Assembly: GCA_002269645.1 (NCBI GenBank)
Contig: NIVC01000896.1
Coordinates: 124,001-188,000, forward strand
Direction of reading: 5' to 3'
Source of the DNA: Macrostomum lignano
Taxonomy: Eukaryota
Length of the DNA stretch: 64,000 nucleotides
Positions 43,201-53,952 of this stretch are shown piece after piece. Position 1 is the stretch's first letter. Each line of letters starts with the position of its first letter. The notes under the pieces were generated by a model. That model was not told the DNA's origin. It searched no databases and saw nothing but the letters and a program-made list of their open reading frames with translations. Position numbers and translations under genes: made by a program.

Positions 43201-43491
43201 GATAGCGAGAAAGAGCGAGCGAAGCGAGCTCTTTCGAGCTTGCTTGCCGCAGCCAATCAAGCTGAATGCACGCACACAAGATCACCGGAAACGATTAAGG
43301 CAGCTGGAAAGCCAATGGGCGCGGTAAGCGCTTTTATCCAGAGGAACTACCTGCTGGAACCAGCCTGCCGTTCGAAAATCAGACTACTCAAGTAGTGCAA
43401 AAGAGTGCGAGCAACTACCGAGAAATCTAATTTTCGTAACCGCTCCGGTGCAGGTCCTGGCAATAGATGGTAGATAGCGAGAAAGAGCGAG
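40206..43491. repeat. 272-bp tandem satellite array 1 (12 apparently identical units + 22 nt)
   Basis: The period is exactly 272 (40207+12x272=43471), and the ORF track repeats identically every 272 nt. Confidence 0.98.
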
Positions 43492-43499
43492 AAAGAGAA

Positions 43500-43737
<238 letters not shown>

Positions 43738-44733
43738 CGTTTGTCTGCGGGACGTTTGCCAGCCAACATTATGTCAGTGAGTGAAAAATTTGATTCACTC
43801 AGTTTTTTAGTCCAACTTTTTGACGGCTATTCGCATGTATAAATGTTCGAAAACAAAATCTATACAAATGATGCAGTTCATCAATCTAACATCTAGTTTA
43901 ACAACAATTTCTTTGAATTTGAAAATATTATAAAGTTTAATTTTGGCAGTTTTGTATCGCTTTGCTCAGTTTGTGATGTTTGCTCAATCACTCAGTTGTT
44001 CAGATGTTCAGATGCTCAGATGCTCAGATGTTCAGGTGCTCAGATGCTCAGATGTTCACTTCACTCAGTTTGAAGGAAGACACGCAAATTTAAACGGGAA
44101 TCTGCAGCGAGCCAAGTTTTGAGCAAATAAAAGAACTGCTAAACGATAATTCTGGCTTCTATATTTCCCAGTTCATTGGGAGATCCAAAAGTAAGCGAAT
44201 TAATTCCAATGCAGCTTGTCAAGTCCACGCTGTCACGGCCAAACTTCGTTAAGCAGAGTTTGGCTTTTGAGTTAAGTACGAGTATGTATAGGCGAGACTA
44301 AGCCAATATCATTATGGATGTCTCAGTATTTTCCCATTTAGCTTGTAAACACTTAGCTTGTTTGGCCACTGAGATGGAAAGGGCCATTCCATGGCATACA
44401 TAGGCATCAACTGTGACAATGGAAACTCCTATTTTGTATTTTTACCTTTCTATTTAGGCAGACAAGAGCAATAACTTCAATAAGCCTGAACAGTAGTTTG
44501 TTGGTAATCTGTATATTTAATAGCAGTAGTAGGGAGGGAGGTGGAATTAGATTAGTGCTGTGTCCACAGTTTTCAAATGCAAGTACATGTAAGCCTAGAA
44601 AGGGCAACTTCTTTAACCAATTGCCGCCTGCAAATGTCCGGCTGGCGAACGTCCCGCAGGCAAACGTCGGCTGGCAAACGTCGGCTTTAAAACGTCGGCT
44701 GGCAAACGTCCGGCAGGCAAATTCCGTAGACCC
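43738..44733. mobile_element. Foldback-like non-autonomous DNA element remnant between two (GATA)n tracts
   Basis: 43738-43770 is an ~85% inverted copy of 44633-44666. Tandem CAAACGTCGGCTGG-type subterminal repeats lie at 44661-44712, an internal (CAGATGYT)n 8-mer run at ~44000-44057, and (GATA)n resumes at ~44735. Confidence 0.5.
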
Positions 44734-44739
44734 AGATAG

Positions 44740-44770
<31 letters not shown>

Positions 44771-47053
44771 AATAGATAGAAATATGAGAGTTTAGTTCAG
44801 ACTAGTTTCATTCAGCATGCTTATCTTTTTTGCTAAGTACTTTTGAAGGCGAGGATCAAGGTAGCTCTAAATGAATCTTCTCTGCAATTAATCAAAATCA
44901 TGTACTTTTTTGGCAACGTGCAGTCTGTAGGTTGCGACCTCCTGGTTGACTGCTGGTGGACTAGATAAGGGAGTTAGGGAGAATCACTAGAGATAAATGG
45001 GAAGGGGGCAGATAAAGTGCAGAAAGATTGGAATGGAGAAGCGCTCGTATCTCGCGCTCAGCAGGCAGAGGATTGCTAGGCCCAGTCAGCATGCCCGCAC
45101 CCCCCTCTTAGCCCTTTGTCACGTTGCCATGCCATGCGGAATCCCAATCGCTCGCAAGGATAACTGAGCAGCAAGCTGCGCATCGCCAGCTCTCTGGAGG
45201 CGGCCTCTCTTCGAATGGCGCATGATTATAATCCGATAGATAGATAGAGGGAGAGAGAAAGTCAGAGGCAGCCGTCTCTCCGACCGTGATTTAGCATTTG
45301 GTTCAGTCGGCGGCCTGTTTGCGTCTGTGGAAGAAATGCTGAAAGCGGTCCAATTCAATCGGCGCCAAATAGGGCCGCCATCCAGACGCCAAGGGCCGTT
45401 TTTGCTCCTTCCATTTCACTTGCACGCGCGAGACGGAAAGTTTTTTTTGAGGCTACTGCCGGTGGCCGAGCAAACCAGTTGGCCCTAATGAGGTTTTGGG
45501 CTTGCTAGTAGACTCTGCAGGCTTGAGAAGCACTGGAGGGTGGGAATCAGACTTCGCCTTCTGGGTCATTTTTGGCTAAACTGAGCTCCCGGAAGGTTCT
45601 GTCTAAGCGACCTATCAGCTGTTGTTGGCGTCCACGGAGCTTCATTAACAACTCTGAGGCTCCATTATTGACTAGCCTCAAAGACAGGGCAGCAAGTTTT
45701 GAATAGAAAATTATGCACATAGTCTGATGGACAGAATTCTGAATTGGGAGTTGGCAGGCGGGTTAGAATGAGGAAGCGAGAGGGAGGGAAAATGGAGGAA
45801 GAGTTCAGGGCACAGGCGCATTGCTGAAGAAAAATTCAATGCAGGAATCAATGGTCTTGGTAATTACACAGGGAGGAGCTACTCAGCGCCTCCCATTCCA
45901 CCTCGGCCCCCGACTCCGCCCCAGCTCTCCATCAAATTTCCCTCAAAACCCAGCACAGCTCCACCAGACCATTGCATTTGGTCTGGTGGGTAGCAGAGCG
46001 TGTCGATGAAGAGTTGCTGGGAGCAGCTCCAAGGAGCTGCCTTCATCTAATAGAAGAGACACTGGAATCCTCAGTCCCCCTCACTCTGAAAGAAGCTCAA
46101 CTATATTTCATGCACAGTGTTTTGACCATTTCTCTTTGATGTCTTCTAACCGGCGCGAACCGACTAGAGGCTTAATTATGTGGTTGTTGTTGCATTGTTG
46201 CTAGGCCGAGCATACTTAATACTATAGTTAGTTCGAGTCTTAGCCCTGTGCAAGCTGACTTAGACTTGTTTAGTAGTTTGACCATTCGGGAGCTCTAATC
46301 AGTCCAAAGAAAAAAGCAAATGTCTTCTATTCTTCACAGCATCAAAAATAGTTACATGTGATAGACTGTTGGCAAGGAAGTGATAATACGCGCCTTAGAG
46401 CTTGTATAAACAAAAGTACATGTAAGAAAAGCCAAAGTAGTGCCAAGCAGCGGTGTAAATCAACGAAGGCATCAATTTCTTTTGTCTGACTGTCACTCGT
46501 TGTAAAATTACAAATAGAATAGTTATTTCTATGTTTTGTATAAAGATTTTATACATTACGTATTACATTAAGACTAGTCAAATATCTATCCACGATCATT
46601 TTTCGTCTTAATATGCGCCCACGTCTGTACTTTAAACTAGGCTGGCTATGATGACAGGCAGGATTTTCTCTCCACGAACTTCATCGAACTAAGCACTCAA
46701 CTCTGCGTTGAAAAATCACTTGAAAAAGCCAGGTGTCAGTAGGGTTTTCACGCCAGTGCCTTTCTCGCGCTTAGCCAGTTTTTAAGGCATCGATTTTCGA
46801 CTTTCTAAAAAACTTTGACGCATTTTGCAAGCACGTGACTAACAATGCACTACCGAGGGCTATTAACACCACTATTAATGTACTGTATACCTCTTAGAAA
46901 ATTGTGTACCTTACTAGGTAACACTAATATTTCATTTCAAGAGAGTTTTCAGACATTATTCACGCTTGTAAAACGATTTTTTGTTATGCTTGGGTCTCAA
47001 TCGGCTGCGCATTTTTAGCACAAAACGCGAATGTCGCCTTCTATTCTATCTAC

Positions 47054-47056
<3 letters not shown>

Positions 47057-47102
<46 letters not shown>
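47057..47102. repeat. (CT)n microsatellite
   Basis: Read directly, ~23 units. Confidence 0.95.
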
Positions 47103-47104
<2 letters not shown>

Positions 47105-47864
47105 CTTAGCGCGGCCCTGTAATTTTCGGGTTGGTTGCCTCACCCTTTGTCCAATTGCCTGGGACAGAATGGGCCGACCGTCTCGCAACAGAGATCCCCC
47201 ATCCCAGCCTCGTCTAGCGTTGCGCCTCGCGTCCCCAGCCACCCCACTCCGCCCCTGACGCACAGTCTCTGTCCTCTTTCTCTGCCTGACCTATCCTCTC
47301 AGTCTCTCCCTATAGCACCGCATCCTACAGTCCTCAGACACCCAGACGCAGAGGAGAAGAGCGCTCTCATACTTAACCGTAGCAGTCATACCCAGACGAT
47401 TGTAGATTTTAATCGATCTCCAATATAGCCGCGACTGCAGCAGAGTTCATAAAGAAACGCAATTATTTTTTCGCATTTTTTTCAACCGCTGCAATTATTT
47501 TTTTGTACGACCGACACACCGGCATCATAATTGGCTGGCGACAGAATCTTGGCGACATTGAGGCAGCTGAATAATTCATCCGCTTAACTGGTTCCGCTCT
47601 GTCAAAGCGCTTGTTAAAGGAACTTGCCGGCTGCTAGCCAGCGGAATAGACGCCATAGCTGCATAGGCCTTTTGTTTCGCTCTTAATTGTAAAATTTTCT
47701 TAGAGGAGCAAAGCGGGAAGAAAAACACTAAAGGGACAGAAAGTGAAAGAAACAGATAAATAGTCCGCTTCAAAGCGCCGAAGCCAGAAAAGCCGGTTTA
47801 ATTTTTTTGGTGCCATGGTGAATTAAGCGCTGCTGTTTGAAGAAACGCAGAAACATAGCTTGTA

Positions 47865-48878
47865 ATGTCGCAGCACAACTTAAACAACAACAAGTCATCG
47901 CAGCATCCAGAGGTCCTAGAAGAGAACTCTGATGAGGAAGAGCAGAACCAACAGACAAAATTGGGAATGATCAATGAAAATGAAAATGAAGGCGCCGACG
48001 AGAGAGCAGGCGAAGGCGGTCACTACTGCCGACACGAATTCAACACTATATTCTTTGGCCGAAGAGACAGCCCCCGCTACCGTTTAACTGACAATCGGGG
48101 CATCGGCACTATTGACTATGATCCGTACAAGAGCATGCAGCAGGAGAACGAAGAGAAAATTGCTAGACAGCTTCGACTTCAACTGGTGGTTGGCGGCATC
48201 ATGGTGGTCGTATTTGTTACGACAATAGCAGTAGTCATCTCGATGTCTATGGCTCGCGAAGAGGTCAAGGAGTACATTAAAATAGAGCCGCGCAATCCGC
48301 AGGGCGGTAGCGTGATTTGGCTCGACCGGCGCAATGAAGACGACTTGGCGGCGCTACTGGCCCGCATCAACGGTGAGCTGGACGAATACGAGATCCGTCG
48401 ATGGTATCCCCGACTTCGCAAGGCCGGTCGACGGGCCAAAGACTGCCGGACTTCCTTTCCAAAACCTGGTCTGGACGTGTGTGTACCGCAGTTGGAAATA
48501 TTTTCTAGCTGCAATTCTTACAACGCCTTTGGCTACGTTGTCGGAGATCCATGCATCCTGCTGAAGGCTGGACCAGCGCTCACAAAAAACTACAGCACCG
48601 ACCTTTGGCTGGACTGTCGAGCGACAATCGATTCAAACAATGCGGAGATCCCATTGAGGTTCTATCCGCAGCTAACCTACCTGAACAGAACCTACGCCTA
48701 TTTCCCGCGATACTTTTTTCCTTACCAACCGGACAGCTCGTTCTACCTGCCGCCTTTGGCTATGATACAAATAATTAATCCGCCTAGCGACCAGAGCTTT
48801 CGCATCAACTGCTCTCTGGCTAATGAAGAGTTCAAGAACTTGACTACGCTTGCCACGCTGCAGATATTGTTTCTCTAA
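47865..48878 (+). CDS. ATP1B-like: Na+/K+-ATPase subunit beta-like protein (type II membrane protein), intronless CDS, 337 aa
   Basis: A single transmembrane segment (LVVGGIMVVVFVTTIAVVISMSM) precedes six ectodomain Cys in the beta-subunit pattern. Motifs: CNSYNAFGYVVGDPCILLK, LRFYP, FPRYFFPY, YLPPLAMIQI, INC; N-glycosylation sequons NYS, NRT, NCS, NLT. Confidence 0.88.
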   Translation: MSQHNLNNNKSSQHPEVLEENSDEEEQNQQTKLGMINENENEGADERAGEGGHYCRHEFNTIFFGRRDSPRYRLTDNRGIGTIDYDPYKSMQQENEEKIARQLRLQLVVGGIMVVVFVTTIAVVISMSMAREEVKEYIKIEPRNPQGGSVIWLDRRNEDDLAALLARINGELDEYEIRRWYPRLRKAGRRAKDCRTSFPKPGLDVCVPQLEIFSSCNSYNAFGYVVGDPCILLKAGPALTKNYSTDLWLDCRATIDSNNAEIPLRFYPQLTYLNRTYAYFPRYFFPYQPDSSFYLPPLAMIQIINPPSDQSFRINCSLANEEFKNLTTLATLQILFL

Positions 48879-49710
48879 CAATGTTCGGCCGATAAAGTTT
48901 GTTTAACTCGTGTTTTTTTTTTAATTTTTAGGCTGCGCATAATAATGATGCTCATATTTTCTGTACTTTTATTATAGATGTGTTCAATTGTGCCTCCGGT
49001 GATTTTCCTTGCTCGCCTTTTCGCCGAATGGCAGGCTGTCTATTGAAATAACCGAGCAATGAAAATTAGCTTTCCTCTGAGCTATACTCCAACACTTCTT
49101 AGCACAATAATTGATTGTTATCTCAAGTATCATTAATTTCTACTGCATACAGCCTAACTGCCATTGTCCCGTTTTGTCCAAATCGCTTTGCAAACTAATC
49201 GCATGCAATGGTTAATCTGTAAATTAGTATCAAACAAAACGATCTCTGCAGTGTGCAGACTCTTCATGCATGATGAAAGTGAATAGTTAACGTCCAGCAA
49301 AGAATTCTTTTCTCTCATCATTTCCTCAATTAACAAATGCTTGTCAAGTCTGCGTTTCCTTCTATAATGACCTTCTAATGAGCTGTTTCATTGCCGAAGC
49401 TACATGCAAAAATCTGTCAAACTAATAGACTAATTACAAAACAACAGCTCTTTGGGAGTTGTACCATTCCAAGAGTCTAGTTTACATCAATATTTTATTA
49501 AATTATCCCTCTATTAACGCAATGTGGCGTGTTCTGAGAGTAACGGTTATTTGCAGAAAAGGAAAAGAGTTACAAGAGTAGCAACCAAAAACTACTTCGA
49601 CTCATTATCGGTCGGTCTTCATCACGAAATTTCAACTTCACATTAGTGCAAGAGACAGAAACAATCAATACTTATTAATAAAATGACTATGTACTTTTAA
49701 CGATGAACGC

Positions 49711-51207
49711 AGGCTGGTTCCAGCAGGTAGTTCCTCTGGATAAAAGCGCTTACCGCGCCCATTGGCTTTCCAGCTGCCTTAATCGTTTCCGGTGATCTTG
49801 TGTGCGTGCTTTCAGCTTGATTGGCTGCGGCAAGCAAGCTCGAAAGAGCTCGCTTCGCTCGCTCTTTCTCGCTATCTACCATCTATTGCCAGGACCTGCA
49901 CCGGAGCGGTTACGAAAATTAGATTTCTCGGTAGTTGCTCGCACTCTTTTGCACTACTTGAGTAGTCTGATTTTCGAACGGCAGGCTGGTTCCAGCAGGT
50001 AGTTCCTCTGGATAAAAGCGCTTACCGCGCCCATTGGCTTTCCAGCTGCCTTAATCGTTTCCGGTGATCTTGTGTGCGTGCTTTCAGCTTGATTGGCTGC
50101 GGCAAGCAAGCTCGAAAGAGCTCGCTTCGCTCGCTCTTTCTCGCTATCTACCATCTATTGCCAGGACCTGCACCGGAGCGGTTACGAAAATTAGATTTCT
50201 CGGTAGTTGCTCGCACTCTTTTGCACTACTTGAGTAGTCTGATTTTCGAACGGCAGGCTGGTTCCAGCAGGTAGTTCCTCTGGATAAAAGCGCTTACCGC
50301 GCCCATTGGCTTTCCAGCTGCCTTAATCGTTTCCGGTGATCTTGTGTGCGTGCTTTCAGCTTGATTGGCTGCGGCAAGCAAGCTCGAAAGAGCTCGCTTC
50401 GCTCGCTCTTTCTCGCTATCTACCATCTATTGCCAGGACCTGCACCGGAGCGGTTACGAAAATTAGATTTCTCGGTAGTTGCTCGCACTCTTTTGCACTA
50501 CTTGAGTAGTCTGATTTTCGAACGGCAGGCTGGTTCCAGCAGGTAGTTCCTCTGGATAAAAGCGCTTACCGCGCCCATTGGCTTTCCAGCTGCCTTAATC
50601 GTTTCCGGTGATCTTGTGTGCGTGCTTTCAGCTTGATTGGCTGCGGCAAGCAAGCTCGAAAGAGCTCGCTTCGCTCGCTCTTTCTCGCTATCTACCATCT
50701 ATTGCCAGGACCTGCACCGGAGCGGTTACGAAAATTAGATTTCTCGGTAGTTGCTCGCACTCTTTTGCACTACTTGAGTAGTCTGATTTTCGAACGGCAG
50801 GCTGGTTCCAGCAGGTAGTTCCTCTGGATAAAAGCGCTTACCGCGCCCATTGGCTTTCCAGCTGCCTTAATCGTTTCCGGTGATCTTGTGTGCGTGCTTT
50901 CAGCTTGATTGGCTGCGGCAAGCAAGATATCTACCATCTATTGCCAGGACCTGCACCGGAGCGGTTACGAAAATTAGATTTCTCGGTAGTTGCTCGCACT
51001 CTTTTGCACTACTTGAGTAGTCTGATTTTCGAACGGCAGGCTGGTTCCAGCAGGTAGTTCCTCTGGATAAAAGCGCTTACCGCGCCCATTGGCTTTCCAG
51101 CTGCCTTAATCGTTTCCGGTGATCTTGTGTGCGTGCTTTCAGCTTGATTGGCTGCGGCAAGCAAGCTCGAAAGAGCTCGCTTCGCTCGCTCTTTCTCGCT
51201 ATCTACC
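49711..51207. mobile_element. 272-bp tandem satellite array 2 (~5.6 units, inverted relative to array 1) flanked by a 19-bp TSD
   Basis: Reverse complement of the array-1 unit except for one fixed SNP. TACTTTTAACGATGAACGC is duplicated at 49692-49710 and 51208-51226, and one unit has a 34-bp deletion at 50927. Confidence 0.95.
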
Positions 51208-53952
51208 TACTTTTAACGATGAACGCTTCCACGCGAAAAATGTTAACATGGAAAACAAATGATGCAAAGATAAGCAATCTATCCATCACATACCTGCATA
51301 GCTTTTTCCAGTTCAAGTTTTTCCGCTAATGGGCTTAAAATGAAGATGGACAAGTATTTTTTATAGCTTTTTCTATCGTTTTCCTGTCTAGAATGGTTTT
51401 GAGGAGGAAGATATCCTGCCAGTACTTTCAAAGTAATGCCTTTTGGTAAAATGTAAAACGTGTTTTGCTATCGAATTTTGAAACTATGAAATTGTGAAAC
51501 AGTAATACATATACGAGGAAGCTGTAAAAATAGCTAATGTACTAGGCAAGAATGCGGAAGACCAAAGTTATGTTAAATTAAAATAATAATGGTGTCCGGT
51601 TCCGTAATCTAGGCAATTTAATGGACGTCGTCCGTCTTAAATTTTGGAATTGGGAAAACAATAAACGATTCCTATTAGTAATTGTTTAATATGCTTTTAT
51701 TGTGGGATTTGAATGAAAAATATTAGCATAACTTTTATCTCCCATAGGGGTGAATAAAAAATCTTCACGATGGGAGAGTCATTCGGAGCAAACTCAAAGA
51801 AAGCTGATGGTTATAGCCTTTGCATCCATAAGCTGGACCAAATAATAACTTTTGGGTTTAAACAAGTCCAATCCAGTTTGGTCTGCGTCAGCGTACTTAA
51901 ACGCAAAGAAAGGCATCCGTCTACTAGGGAGTGAGGGAGTAGAAATGTTGGAGAAAACGTAATTTTAGAATTTTCCACAGCCTTTCCGCAAGTAGCGATT
52001 GCAGACTTAGTCACGCCATCGGTTTTGGCTTAGGATTTGTCACTCAACCGTATCTCTAACGTCTCGGCTCTGCAGTGGGCAGTCCTCATCTTTCCCTGAT
52101 GATGAGGAGAGGAGAGGAGAGAGAGAGAGAAACTAGACAGAATTTCTTGCGTGATTTGAAAAAAATAGTTACTGAGATCGATCTTGTTTCTACTAGGTGG
52201 CATTGCATGGGAGTCAAGCTTGAAGTGAGAAAATATAAGATGTGCTGGGCGGAGGTAGAACAAGGAGAAAATCCCAACTTACAAACGAGCCATCGAAGCG
52301 CGGGCTCTAAGCTCACGGAAGCGAAGAGGAATATTTCTGCTTGGATTGGCCCAATAATTTTGACAGGAGGTTATTAAAATTTCTAGCTTTCATTATTAAG
52401 CCAGATTAAACTACAATTGATTGAAATTGAAAATAAAGCTGAAACAGCTTTTAGTCACATTACCCAGGTCAAGGTAAAAGTAGTGCTAATCTGTACTTAT
52501 ATTTTCATGGCGTGGACTTGAATTTCCGGTGTGCATCGTCCCGAGCAGTCTAGTATTTGCTCACAATCTTGTGCTTCCTAAGCCTGCCACGCCACGGTGA
52601 GTGGTAATCTGAATACTTGCCCTATACTAACACCCCCTTCGCTTGCAGCATTATCGACTTACCCTAACTGAGTTGGTCTTCAACTTTTCAAAGCTGATAT
52701 TTCCGGTTCACTGAACCTTTGGAATTCAGTTCGATTCATAAATTTACTTAAGGCTTGGCGATAGCTGGGAGGTGCTCAAGTTATAAAAAGTACTAATAGT
52801 CTAATAGTCTACTAATAGGCAATATCGTTGGCTAACGCTGTAAATGCGGTCCGCATCATAATTGGATGAGCAGCAGATTTACCCTGCCTATTAGTATGCA
52901 AATAATTGCTATGCTAATATAGGCCCCTGTTTGCTCAAACAGAGCAGATTAGATCGCTTCTACGGCTTGCTTAAACCTATTAAAAAGAGATTCACTATAG
53001 CCAAATGCTTTGCAAAATGATAAATTAGCTCAATTAATTCTCTTGATTCGGTTGATTAGCAGTGGCGATCAAGTGCAGCTCAAGATCAATCTAAATGTCA
53101 AAGGATGAACCTGGCTTTGAAAGCGCCTAAAAGGACTGCCGCGCGCCATTCAGGGACATCAAAATCTATGCTTGAAATCTGGTCGGCTACTAGATTATAT
53201 ACGAGGCGTATAGTAAGATTAAACATGGAAAATTACCATTGTATTAAAACCCGATGTGTTTGCAGGCAAAATGGTAACAGAATTCAACCGAATGAAGATC
53301 GAATAAATCCCAGCACTAATCGTTGAGCGAAAATTCTCTAAATCCTGACTTGCAGTTAAGTAGATAATCAGTGGGCTTAGCTCCTGACAGAGACAGATTG
53401 CCGGTTTGAACTCAAGGAGCAGCGGGATGGCAAGCTTTATCAAACCGAATGCCGAAGTCAGAAAGAGACAGACAAATATGAGTAGGTTTCATTAAATCAT
53501 CGATAATTTCCTGAGATAGAAATTTTCAACAATTTACTGAGCAGTGATCAAATTTTGAGCATTTAATAAACATTTGAGAACGTGCTTTGTATAGTATAAT
53601 ATTTGGTCACCAAAAGAGGCATTTGATGCTACTAAAAAGTTATCTTGCTAGTAGTAATGCCTGTGCGTTTCTTGTGAGTTAAGAAATTTCACAACTTTTA
53701 AGAAGCTCAAGGCAGTTAATAGAAAGTAGTTTATTTATTTAAAAATTATCTCTTGAGCCAAGCTATCAAATTTATTTCGAAAATAGTCGCAATCAATTTT
53801 GAGAGTAAGCCAATACAAAAACAGATTTGAATCGACAAGCATGCATTTAAACAGTTTTGCCAAGTGGTTTGCAAATAGGAAATGTCATTGGGAAGAGAAG
53901 CAAATAAAAGTAAGAACAACACGAAGCAAGAAGTCCAAGATAGGCTTGAAGT

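Noticed and set aside
40206-43491. CRISPR array interpretation of the tandem arrays
   Set aside because: The units are identical with no unique spacers, the context is eukaryotic, and there are no cas genes.
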